NCBI RefSeq assembly: GCF_036321535.1
Contig: NC_087437.1
Span: 75,952,001 to 76,012,000, forward strand
Direction: 5' to 3'
DNA length: 60,000 nucleotides
Source of the DNA: Camelus dromedarius
Lineage: Eukaryota
Shown here: positions 23,861 to 36,253 of the stretch, in pieces
Position numbering within the stretch: the stretch's first letter is position 1
Layout of the letters: each line of letters starts with the position of its first letter
Made by a program: the position numbers and the translations under genes
The notes under the pieces: generated by a model
Database searches by the model: none
Seen by the model: only the letters and a program-made list of their open reading frames with translations
What the model was told of the DNA's origin: nothing

Positions 23861-26800
23861 CAGTTTTAAGATCACAGTTAAAGTACTTTAGCATGTTATA
23901 CACATGACTTACATGTGCAATTTTTAGAAATATCAAATTAAGTATAAGATTTTGAAGAAAGAAATTATATAAATGTGTATATTGACTTTTACTACACATA
24001 CATCTAAGAAAGCAATAATTCTGTTGTACCATTAAGTGGAAATCACTTATTACATGGCATGTTTACACCAACTCTAAAGAGAACCAAGCCAATTTCTGAA
24101 AGCAAAAAATGAGCGATTCGGTCATGCTGAAAACTGTCAACAGACTTAAGACCTGGTGGTCAAAGGAAGCTATGGTTAATTTATGACAGATAAGTAAGCA
24201 ATTCAAACCTACAAGAAAAGTTCATAATCTGGTATGTGGAATCTCAGGTGGTTTTTATTCTTTTTTGACAAATTCCTGAGAGCAAGAAACTCGTTTAGTG
24301 CTAATGAAATGAGAAAAACATTGCTGAGCATGTGCTGAGCTCCAGATCCCAAACCTCCTCCACCCCAGGTCTGCCGCTATGAGCGAGGCACTGATGTGAG
24401 GTGTCGGGGTTCGTGACCAGCCCCTCTGGGGCTGCAAAGGGAGGTCACTGCTAGTCCATGAAACGAATGCGCCTCTGTGATTTAGGTTAGAGCTTGTGAG
24501 GTAAGATTTGCAGTGCGGGTGGGAGGGAGTGGAGGCATTGAATTAGGTCCTTGTTACTCAGTAACCAGTTCTGGCCTAAGTTATTAGAAAATCTTTGGAA
24601 GGAGTAGTAATGTTCACAATAACTAGTTCTGTGCATAAAAATCAATTTAAGGGCAGGATTAGTTTTGACCACTGACAGCAGCAGAAAACAGTGGTCACTG
24701 AACTTTTAAGTACAAGGTTTCCTCTTTCAGTTACTAGTATAAATCATACCACTACAAGTAAAATTTGGCCAGGAGAGGAAATTTTTTTTGTATGTGTGAA
24801 GAAAATGTATACATATGTTTTTTAAGGAAAGCGTAGTACAAACAGATGGAGGTGTATGAGGAGAGTCAAATATATTTGTATTGTTCTCTCTTTTGTTGCT
24901 TTTTCTCTGAAATGTAAGGAAGATAATGTCCCCAGTGAAAAGGACAAGGTCATTTAATATTGGGTATAATAAACTTAGCTATCACTTCCAAACTGAAAGT
25001 AAAGCAGTCCATCAAACCCTGAATACTTCACCAGACATACCTGGTAAGATGAACTGAACAACTGGGTTTTTTTTTTATTATAAGTATGTGTTAGTCAATC
25101 TAAATAAGACACTTTTTAAAAAAAAAAAATCCCAAAACTCAAATAAAAACAAAATCCAAATCTAAGTCTTTGGGAATGCTTGTATAAATAAAAGCAACAT
25201 ATAATTAACAATTAGTACACTCTTTATAAGGTGCAAAACAAGGTCCTATGTGGGGAAAGCTAAATTTTAATTCCCACCTAGCAGTCACTCTGAAATACTT
25301 CATAGGTCAAATGCAATAAGAGCATTTGCTTCTACTGCCCATTTTCAGCAACACATTGTTCTCTCTGGAGAAGGCGGTTTTTGTGAAGTCAAAACACTGC
25401 AGTGGAAAATAGTGGCACTGAAGGTAGAAGCAAAAAAAAGACAAACCTCTGAAACAGGACTCACTGAAATTAACTGTTAAAGCCGAGGTAGCCCATTAGA
25501 ATTGGCCTTATCTGAGGGCTCTGCGGAGCAGTGCAATCAAAGGTGAACCTCCTCACAGCATCACATACACCCCGACCTTCCCTTCACAAAGGATGACTCA
25601 GGCCTTGCACGACTTCCGCTTCCCCTTTGTTGTATAGAAGCTGGCCTCCGGCCTCCAGCCTCCAGCCCCAGCTGCTGGTCTCCAGAACACTTAGGATTCA
25701 TACAGTAGTTTAGCAGGCAGCATGGTCCCACTGCTTCACATTAATGCCAAATGCCAGACTTGGAACAGAGTTACTCGATATTCCCCACCCCTCCCCCCGG
25801 CACTGTATAAACACAACATGTCATATTTACTCTTCAGCTGACTCCTAGTTCTGTATCGGTTTATAATTTGCTTGAGATTTTTACATAGGTGCAAACATTT
25901 CCATACGATGAGCCAAAGACTACAGAGTGCAAACAAAATTTTCTATGACTCAGGAAGAGTAGCATCTGACTTGATAAGAGAATGACAAGGATTACACATG
26001 TTGGATTCTATACGACCAGAGCAGCTCAGATGCTCCTTTTTGTTCATAGTGTTTCATTACTTTTTTTCTCCGCAGCAGTTTTAATGGCAGAAACTAGAGT
26101 AACAGTGACACCGTGGGAATGATCTTGGGATGGTTTTGAGGGGGCACTGGTAGAAAGCTCACCTGACAGAATTAAATAAATATACGTCTGATGTTTGTGG
26201 GAGAAAGACTGTCGGAATTACAACCATATGATATATCCTCTAACAAGGGCTTTAATGAATTAACAATTTTGATCTAAAATCTGGGAACTAACCTAATTTG
26301 GGGATAGGAACCTGTATCTTCAATGTGGCTGTGGGACATTTTTCCTTTTCCTGATCTCATTACAGTTATCCAAACAAATAAAAACTTAAAAAGGATGTCT
26401 TACAGTATTTTTTTTCTTTCACTCAGCTTCTTAGAGCTGCAGCTTCAGTTACTATAATATACTCTACACACTTCAAAATTACATAGGAAAATACCCAGAA
26501 TAACTAAATAAATAAAAGGCTAAAGAAAACTGGAACAGTACTGCGTCTCCATCTGAGACTAAATCATCCACTTCCAGCATCACAGAGAAGGGCTAGGACA
26601 AATTTTTTCAAAAGATTTATATACAGGTTTGAATCCAGAAATTAAGGTTAAAAGCATAAATATTGATAATTTCAACTAGATTCAGAATGGTTTCAGAAAG
26701 ATATGATACAACAATTTAGAATAAGACAAAGCAGAAGAGCATCATATTTTGGTTTGCTTGAGATATACATAAGGTGCAACAACTTTTTCTCTTGAGGATG

Positions 26801-29171
26801 TTTGTGGGACAAATGTTAGTGTGGATGGTGTTTGCTGGCAGATTAAGGTACACACCATAGCAATATGATTTTCCAAAATAAAAAGAATGAGAGAAGTGAA
26901 ATGAAAATACAAATGGGGGGGGGGGGCACTACATGTTGATCTGAAATATTTGTGCTAACAAATGTTGTTACCTGAAAATACCAACACCCCTTTCCAGCGG
27001 ATTCAGGGCATGAGAAAAGCACTATTATTGAAACCAAGACTTCACTCAGAGAAACGACAAGGCAAGTGTCTAAAGGACTATAAAGCTTTGCAGGATTTCT
27101 GCTACTCTCAGTGCCTAACCGCTTAAAAATTAAGCATTTCTACAAAAAGGTTTTTTTTTTTTTTAAGTATCTGAAAACAGTCATATCCAGTAAGTTGCCC
27201 TCCCACTCCCCCCCCCCCACCTAAGGGAAAAGCCACTGAGGTTTAGGAAAAGCAGATCAAGTAAGATATATTAATCACATAGAAAAAAGTAATCTTTTGT
27301 TTTGCTTCTTTTTAAAAAAGGTCCCATGAATATACAGCAATCTCTTAAGGAACTCTAGTGAAATGTAATCGGAGGACTGAAGGAGGGTGCTCTGGCAAAA
27401 ATAGATCTATTCTAACGTGTTCTAGAGAATAACAAGTTAGTACCATTGTCAAGGTGCATGTTCTGCACCAAACAATTTCTGTTGTTGATTTTTAATTTTC
27501 TTTTTTGGATTTTAGCTAATAATTTTTAAATCACTGCTAGCAAGTGGTCCAAAAACTCCAACAGCCACCAACATTGGGACCCAGCAATTTTCAAACATAC
27601 ACTTTGTGTTTTGAAACTTAGAAAACATTAGTAAAACAGCATCATAGTAAAAATATTACACTAAAATCTGGGGCTGCTCACCCGATTTATTTCTATGTGA
27701 ATGGGGCTAACCTTGAACCTCTGATTAACCTTGCTTACTAATTCCTTCCTCCACCACGCCCGTAATGAATATGCATTTTTGAGGACACCATTCTAATGCC
27801 TTGCTGTCCTCTTTATCTGCTTTGAAAAAAAAAATCTCTATATTCTTTTTCAATTTTGTTAGTATGTTGTACCTATTTTTCCAGCACCGAAACTGAAGTA
27901 ATATCTACAACCGTGAAAAGCTAAACCTAGTCAGTACTAATAGAGTCATTTTTTGTATGGCTATTAGGTCAAATTACGATTAGAAAAAAAAAATCAACAT
28001 TATAATTCAGTCAAGTATAAATAAGAAAGCTAGATAAAACCTTGTAAACTGTCACCATTTAGAGATCTAATTCAAAAGCTTCAAACTCGAACTATCACTA
28101 TCAAAATTCTGCCAGTTTGAAAACCAATAAAAATTATTGCTGGAATCCAATAATTAAAATTTGGTAGTTTGTGCTGTGATGCAAGAGTGGGGAAATACTT
28201 TGTGCTATGGAACAAATACCCTGTAAAATCTGTAGCCTCCGACTAATTTTGATTTATCACTTTGCATCCGTTGCTAAGAAACAAGACACTGTGAACATCA
28301 GGTGGTTGAGTCAATATGCTGAATGTTCTAAAGCCAGTTAATCCACTTGGCACTGGCATATGTATGGTTGGTTTTATGCTCAAAAGCAACAAAACACAAA
28401 AAGGAAACAAACTTGCAGGTGGATCTATGACTGAGAGTCCCACTCTGGTCAGGCATACCTCCCTCATCATTTACTCCATATCTCCTTAACAACAAAAATG
28501 CAAAATGGCTCTAAAAACCTGCAGTGCCAATTAGGCTGTGCATAGCAATTGCTACCCGTCCAGTCTGTCTAGGATGGATGTAAAAGGTCTGTAGGTCAAA
28601 GTCCACATGAAGTGAGTGTCTTCAATGTGTTCAGAATAGTGAAGTAATACTAAGGTCACTTCTGAATAATATTTTTCTTTTTTTTTGTTTGTTTGTTTGT
28701 ATGAACGATCCATTGGTCACTCAGACCCTTGTGTAAAAATAAAAGAATCCTCAAGGCATGAAAACATCAGTAATCTGCAGGACTCTTCCCCTGTCTGGGA
28801 AAATATTTGCCACAATTTGCCCCAAGCAAATTCTTCTTGGTCACTCAAGGCTAAGAAAAAAATTCAGCTCGTAAGAATTTTAACTTTTTTTTTCCTCCAT
28901 CTCTCTCTCTCTCTCTCTCTTTTTTGCCAGCAAACTACCACTCTGGTGGCAAATATAAAAGTGCAGAATATATGGACCACGAGGCCGAGCATACACCACT
29001 AACAATGGTACATCTGCCTGCCCGTGCTGCTTGGGAGTCTGGAACAGGCTTTTTAATATTATTCTACAATATAAATGTAGGTATAACCTATTATATAAAC
29101 CATCTTAGAACTTAAATCTCCATGTACAAAAAAGACTAAGAATATCTAATAATAACTAGTGCAGTGCGTCA

Positions 29172-29213
29172 GTTTTTGTTTTTGTTTTTTTGTTTGTTTT
29201 TGTTTTTGTTTTG
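29172..29213. repeat. (GTTTT)n-like simple repeat in the BBX 3' UTR
   Basis: Directly visible; a (CT)n run is also present at ~28900-28920. Confidence 0.9.
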
Positions 29214-29595
29214 AAAGAATAACTAGGTAATATACGAAACTAGTTTCACACTCTCTGGTTGGTAAAAGAGATGCTGGATGAGCTACAGTAAAGGCAGCCT
29301 CTTACCAAGTTACCACCTATTACCATCAAAAGCCTTCAATAGAAAGCAAAGCTCTAGGATCATCCCGTTTCTGCTCATTATCAGACAGACAACATCACCC
29401 TCAAAGACTCTGGGTTTTGAAAGAACAAACTGGCCCAGGACGCCAACTTCTGCTTCAAGTCAATCTGGGCCATGTAGGGCAACAAGCACTTGTTTGCAGT
29501 CTATATTTTCCACCACATGGACTCACTAGCATCCCTCGGTAAAGACAAGGCTAGGGTAGTAGGTAAAGCACAATGTTTTACAATTAAAGGGCGCT

Positions 29596-29683
29596 TCACT
29601 GGTCAGCGCAGGAAATAAGTACAGGAGCCTGTGGCATTTCTTTTGGCTGTCCGTCATGGGTGAGCGGAGTTGACCTCTGACCT
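29596..29683 (-). CDS. BBX: BBX last coding exon, coding part (stop TGA at 29598-29596)
   Basis: Long polypyrimidine tract and ttttacag| acceptor. Encodes (R)GQRSTPLTHDGQPKEMPQAPVLISCADQ*, the recalled BBX C-terminus. Confidence 0.95.
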
Positions 29684-31329
29684 CTGTAAAAGAAGAAGAA
29701 GAAACAAAGAAAGAAAGCACTTATTCAGAGTACGTGATCAGAAACAGGAGAGGAAGATGAATGACCAACAAAAGCTTCCCAATATATCTTGTTTAATAGC
29801 TACTGCTGACTGACTGCTTATGCCGTTTAATTAAAACTCTTCTTATTCTTAAAGCTTCCTTATGTTTCTTTTTTAAGGATTTCTTATCTCAATTCCTCTC
29901 ACACAACTCAATAAAATACTCTGCCCCTAAACCACCACCTCCATTTTGTAGAGACAAAACCTACGAACCAACAGATTCGGGGAAATTCTCTCAGAAGTAG
30001 GAAACTTTCAGTCCAGGGCTACGGTACTAAGACAACAATCTTCCTTTGGTTCTACTGATAATAAAAAATGACAGGTTCCCTTCCTTGACTTGACCAAGAG
30101 GAAGACTCTCCTATACTAATTGATAACCTTCAGGTTCATTTCTTGAGCTATGTAATAAGAAACCCTATTTCCAAACTTAAGGACAACAAAAGCAATGGCC
30201 TCTGCAGAGAAAGAGAGGTGAACTGTGACTTAAAAAAAAAAAAAGAATGAAAACAGTGAAACCCTCCTAACTAAAGAAAAGTCTCACAGGCATATGGAGA
30301 AAGAGTGTAGAGAGAAGAAGGCAGGTACCAGCTCTGAGTGTGTGAGAAAATCCAGTCAACTTGGGCCAAAATCAACACATACAGAGAGAGAACTCCAGAC
30401 AAGATTAAAAACTTCATGGAAATGCTTATCGTTTGGTTTGGACCTATACCAAATACAGCTTATTTTTCATTCAGAATTTTTGTTTAATGAGTAGAAAAAA
30501 AATATGGTTTACTTCACGGTTATAAGAAAATTTCTTGATAGGTTCTATAGAGCTTCTCATTCTAGAAAGATGATTGGGCACCTCCTTGACATTTTCTAAT
30601 AGGCTTACCAAGCTTCAGCAATGCACACTCACTGCTCTGGCCTACGGTGGTCTGCAGGCCACAGCACTGTGCTGACAATATGGAAGACAGCAGCAACGTC
30701 TTCACCAGTCTGGCCGTTTCAATACAGTACCTTCTTCAGATTATGTGAAGGAAAAGGAGTTATTTTAAAATTCAAATTGTGTCTGCCCCATATCTATATC
30801 CAAGTTTCTTTCCCTTGATGCACAAGAAAGAAAAATAATATAGATAAATTACAACATATGGGGATCCAATAATCACTTGGCTTAAGATATTAAGGAATTT
30901 AGAAAAACAAAACATGTGTTTTAATCAAACCTCTGGATTAATCTGTTTATTCATGTGGGGATGCTGTAAGAACCAACTGTTCAATATGTGCAACTCTCTG
31001 CTCAAGAAAGATAAAAGTAAAGTGCTATTCTTCACTTTTAAGATTGAGTATGTAACAATATTACACAAAGCCAGAAAAATTTTACTAAGTATTGGAAAAG
31101 GAAACATAGGGGAAGAAAAGATGTAAAGTACAATGTTAAAAAGAGAGCAAGAGGGAGAGAGAAACTGGGGTGAAAGCTTACTCAGCGGAAAAAGAAAAGA
31201 AGGTAGGAGCATGATGTGGCTGCAACCAGCTGATGGTTCCACCTCCCAGTGGAAGGGCAGGTGGGATTCCTCATGACTCTCTCCGACATGACGATGCTTG
31301 TTAAGCAGCACATTAGAGCAAAGGCAATG

Positions 31330-31525
31330 ACACTGGTGTTCAAAGGCTTGGAGTCCAATCTTGACTCAGTTTAGCTGTGTGCTCTTGGCAAGATAACTAA
31401 CCACCTGTACCATCATTAAAATGGAACTAAAAAGAGACACTTGGCAGGGTTGATTTTTAAGTTAGTTTAATGAGCTTTCCTCCTCATAAAACCCCTAGTA
31501 AATAAACAGGCTCTCAACAAAGGTT
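31330..31525. mobile_element. MIR SINE
   Basis: ggcttggagtc...agctgtgtgctcttggcaagataactaacc...aaaatgg. Confidence 0.6.
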
Positions 31526-31974
31526 TACTCCAATTGCCTATTTCCTGCATTTTGTAAAAATGACTTCCTATTTTGAGTTTCTGAACCTAATGTTAAGATT
31601 TCTTCTGGCAAGAATGCAGGTAGTACATTGTCTACTTCTAACTCTGTTGACCACCCTCTAAATTATGAACCAAGCAATGCCTAAGCAATGATTAACAGAT
31701 GTGCAACCCAGCTACAATTACATTAAGCCTATAGGGGGAGGGAGGGCTGGCAGCTCTGCTTTAACGGGTAAGGGCTAACATTACAACTGAGATTCTCCAG
31801 GGGGAATTGTCTTTCTAGATGTTAAGAACACTAACCATTTGTTAGGTTGATAGTAAAATTCTAGTACGCAATATTATTCTTTCTAATGGGAGATGTTAAA
31901 AAAGAAGAACCTTTACTCACACCATTTTTTCTATGCCTGCTAGCTAACTTAGGCAGTCATACCCAAGAACCTCT

Positions 31975-32260
31975 TACTTACTCATTCACCCACTCATTTG
32001 TTCATTTATCCATGGATGTAGCAGGAACTGAGGAAGCTAGGTACATGAAGAATGAAACCAGTGCTTTGCTTTCAAAACGTACTGGGGGAGACAGACGTAT
32101 CAACAGTTAACTACAACGCAATGTGGCAGCTGGTGTAAGAGTGCGCACAGGAGTGTGCAGGATTTCGGGGGAAGAGAGAGAAGAGTACAAAGGATGAGAC
32201 AGAGCTGAAGGAGCAGCAGCAGTTCATCTAAGAGGGGGACATACAAAGGCAAGAAGCGGC
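31975..32260 (-). mobile_element. L2 LINE 3' fragment
   Basis: tcattcacccactcatttgttcatttatcc tail followed by gggggagacagac. Confidence 0.6.
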
Positions 32261-33074
32261 CTTATCTGGATGGGAGTAAGCGATTCTATGTGACTGCAGG
32301 GCAGGGAGAAAGGAGGTGGTGACAGGGCAGGAAAGTCTGTTGAGGCTTTCTGCTACTGCAGCTGGAAGTCACAGAAGGGGAGCTGGTTACAGAGCAGAGG
32401 CATGACCAGTCATGCTCAGAAAGGGAGGCTGGCAGCAGCAAGGGTGATGGTGTGGCAGACCTTTCTGAGCCCTGAATTACGACCCCCTCTGAATTCTTAT
32501 ATGACCTCTTGTTTCGACAATTTACGAGGGCACCTAATAACACTGAGGCATGTATTTCTTTCTGCAAGCATTATGAGTTTGTCCTCTGTACTCGGCTGTA
32601 AAACCCCACGAGTGGAAAAGTGTCTGCGTATTATCTCCCTCGGAGACTGGAGAAAGATTTTAACCATGTCTGTCAGCATTCACTTGCTATTAGGCACTGT
32701 CACTGTACACATGAAAAGGAATTTGACTTCCTGGAAATTTCTAGAGGCTATTTGCAAGGAAGCACTAGAACTGTAATACGACAGGTAAAGAGCAAGAGGC
32801 AAACAAAGCTCATGTCGGGGCCTCCTAACCCTGGATGTGAAGAAGAATGGGGCCTGACAGGTCGGTAGACAAGTTGGGCTAGACTTCAAGTTCTTTTGTA
32901 CTGGAGACTGAAAAATCTAAAAGAGGAGTGCACCTGTGGATATTCCACTTTGAATAAAATTATGAAATACCCGAATTCATAAAATGCTTTTTTTTTAACC
33001 TTCCCAAAGGATCCATTATGTAGCAGAACACCCAATTATTTACTTAGAACTTAATATACTTTCTGTCGAACTTT

Positions 33075-33540
33075 ACTGAATTCAAAGGGCTTGCACCTCT
33101 GTGATCTCATCTGATCCTTACAACTTGATGATTCTTTAGGGATATCATTATGCTAAATGGAAGAGGAGAAAACTGAGGCCCAAGGAAATAAATTACTTTG
33201 TGGCAAACACAGACAGAGGAGGAAAAATCCAGGCCTCCTCCTTGCAGTGAGTCAGATGCCGAGATGCTTTTTCCTGAATCACACTGTTTTCTTCCACTAG
33301 TACCACCACTGCCACCAACACCGTCCTCAATGGGGGTTAGTTACCACATGCTGGTACTGGGACATTAGATTGATTCTATACAACATCCCTGTGGAACGAG
33401 AACCTCTTACAGCCATTTTACAGAAGAAAAAAACAGATGGTAGAGAAGTGAATGATCTTGCTCAAGGCTTTACTGTCCAAAGATGGCAGAAGTAGGACTC
33501 AAACCCAGGTCTGAGACCTAACTCTAAAGCTCATGCATGA
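33075..33540. mobile_element. Two MIR SINE fragments
   Basis: gaaaactgaggcccaagg (~33170) and agagaagtgaatgatcttgctcaagg...ggactcaaacccaggtctg (~33440-33515). Confidence 0.7.
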
Positions 33541-33862
33541 TGATTAGATAATGCAGCTTCTCTGCTCTCTCAGATTTCTTCTAGAAAGGAAGCTTAGCCA
33601 CTACAGTCACTGTGAAACACCGGGCTGGCTGGATTCCCCTGTATTTTTCCACACTGCTGAACAGTATACATGCTTGGGTGACATCTCATAAACAAAACTG
33701 CTCCTGAACCAAGTCTCGTGAACCCAGTACATTGTGAACAATACCACAAATCACGTCAGAGAGGACGATTCGGGTTTCCATGTCAGTGTCTCCACCCCTG
33801 TTCCGTGAAAGGGGCGAAGCTGCACGGGGTGCCCGGCACCGGAGAGGTTCTCCACCGCTAAC

Positions 33863-34040
33863 CTGTGCACATTTTCCATGGCGGCCACCTCCGCCAGCGC
33901 CGCCAGGCTGAAGAAGGCGGACACGGCTGGCATCTCCGGGGTGCTGCTCCGCGTCTCCGCATGGTGTGAGCATTCGTCACTGCAGCCTGTCTCGGTAACT
34001 TTAGGGAGACTCCTCTGCAGTTGTTCCTTTGGTTTGTCAT
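33863..34040 (-). CDS. BBX: BBX penultimate coding exon, 178 nt
   Basis: Acceptor ttcgtcacag|, donor CAG|gttagc. Encodes (D)DKPKEQLQRSLPKVTETGCSDECSHHAETRSSTPEMPAVSAFFSLAALAEVAAMENVH(R). Phase 1 to 2. Confidence 0.95.
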
Positions 34041-36055
34041 CTGTGACGAAAGGAAAATTCATCATGAGAGGCTCACTCTGTTCTCCCCGGAGAAGGGACA
34101 CGGAGAAAACTCAGTGCCAGACAATGTGAAATGATCTAATATGCTTTACCATTCGCTTTTGTCATCCACCCAATATTAAGGCTTTTACAGAATCTTTCCT
34201 TCCACAGGAATAAAACTCTTTTATTATGCTCAATTGCAACTATGGGCAGCACTGAGCCCTGATGCTGGGCAGAAGCGCTGTGTTTCATCCAAGGTCAGAG
34301 TAGGTCGGTGTTGGAGTGAGAGGGAAAAACGGGCCTTGGACAAAATAAAACCCCAGGGACTTCTGCAGAGGGGCCTGTGGATGCTGTACAAGGGCCCTTA
34401 AAAACTCAACTGACCAAACTCTTCTGACAAAGCCGCCGCATGTCCCACCATGGCACCTGGGACATTTGGTACGCTGTGTTACCCACACTAGGATGGCCTA
34501 CACAAATCCCAAGGAGCTTATCTATCCCAGTGAGATCCTAAACTGTTATTTTTGTTCTGAAGACCCACTGAAAGGAAGACAAGGGCTCTCTGGTATTTTT
34601 GAAGAGGTGGCTGAAATGTAATGCCAATACATCTGTTGGAAATGAGTACACCTGAGTACACCTTCTTTATCATGCAGCTGTTACAGAGGAGGAGGAGGAG
34701 AGATCTTTACCATGGTTTTAAAAACATTTTAACCACGGAAATTGATAAAATGCTGTAAATGTCACACAGAGCATGAAAATGCTACGTGCTTTTCAACATA
34801 AAAGGAAATGTTTTCGAAAATCTTCCACTCCTACAAGCAAACATGAGGCTACAACAATTTACATAATATGAAAGTCACAACAGAATCCCAAGTGGAAAGG
34901 GAAGGAGACAAGAGTCTGCTGGACTGAACATCAGGAAAACTAGATTCCGGTCCTCATCCCACTTAGTAGGCTGCTGCTTTATAAAACAAGATTCTAACTA
35001 ACTCTTTGAGCTTCACCTCTTACGTGACAGGGCAAAACGGGGGGTATTTAATATGCTTTGAGGTTCTAACAATCTCCATATGCAAAACACAAGTGCCCAG
35101 AATTCACTAATTGACTTCTCTCTCAGTATACAATGAGTCTCTAGGAATAATGAGATTAACCTAAATCAGATATTTATAAATATCACTCTCAAAAATCATT
35201 CACTTACACACTTTTTTTCCCTATTTATAAAAGTCATTATGGACATTTGACCTTTTTCTGGAAACCAGATTAGGCTGAGGGGAAGGAATACTTCCTTCAG
35301 GGCAGATAGAATGAGATGCTGGAGGTGCTGAAAGGCAGAAAGGAAACAGCTAGGACCACTAATGCCATTGGTGCAGCACCATAATACTGGAGCGGGGGGT
35401 GCCCGGTGTCACTCTCTGACACCACTCCTTAACCAGGGCCACGCAGGCCGTTCCACAGAAGGCCCCAGAACAGCAAACAGACCACAGGCCACAAATGGAA
35501 ATGGAGACATTCACTGTAAGGTAATGTTTGGTTAAGGATTAGCCCAGAGAACTAAGAAATCCAGAAGCACCCTCAGGCACCCTCCGTGGTCTGAATCAGC
35601 ACAACAGGAAGTGCGGGGCGCTTCCTCAGGTCAATTCACTGGTTTGAATACCAGATGATCTGGCTTGTGGCGACCTGAACAGTGAGCCATGGAGAAAGAC
35701 AAATTCGTCAGTACTTTTTAGTCTCGGATCTTTGGAAATTTATTAAATCAAGACTGTTTTTGTGCATGCGGAGCAAGGGAAGGAGTTGCTGAGAGCCTTA
35801 AAATTTTCCTTTCCTTTCCAGGAATTCCAGATATGCTCTTGGGAAAAAGAGTTATGATTTTAAAATACAGACTAAAACATGTACACTGAGGAGTCTGTAG
35901 AAAACCAATTCTTGAGGAGACCCAGAGAGAGACAACGTTACTGTGACCAAACCCACAGAACGGACGCATTTTTCAGTGAGGACCCACAGGTGGCTCACAG
36001 TCACTTATGGCCAGCTGCTTGCTCTGGTAACCTGTCTACTGTGCCCTCATCTTAC

Positions 36056-36253
36056 CCAAAGTACCTCCTGCTGGTGATACCCGGCCATCTGCTGTCCTGA
36101 CAAGGTGTGTGATCTTGGTTTTCCTTGCTTTTCTCTTTTGGCTGCCCACCAAGGGTTCTTGCATTGTTGTTGGCTCTGGAGTGTTGTAAATGGATGGGGC
36201 ATTTTTAACCTTATAAGCAGGCTCTGTGGTGTTTTTGTCTTCTGAAAATATGG
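36056..36253 (-). CDS. BBX: BBX 198-nt coding exon
   Basis: Acceptor ctatttcag|, donor TGG|gtaaga. Encodes (A)IFSEDKNTTEPAYKVKNAPSIYNTPEPTTMQEPLVGSQKRKARKTKITHLVRTADGRVSPAGGTL. Phase 1-1. Confidence 0.96.

Larger units (their letters stand above)
23825..29595 (-). other. BBX: BBX long 3' UTR (~5.8 kb)
   Basis: AU-rich stretch nearly free of interspersed repeats, running from the stop codon to tandem polyA signals. Repeats (MIR, L1) resume below ~23.3 kb. Exact end is inferred. Confidence 0.75.

Noticed and set aside
33751..34101. 116-aa ORF as an alternative BBX C-terminus by intron retention
   Set aside because: The flanks around the true 178-nt exon are a plausible chance open frame; nothing in the sequence supports retention.
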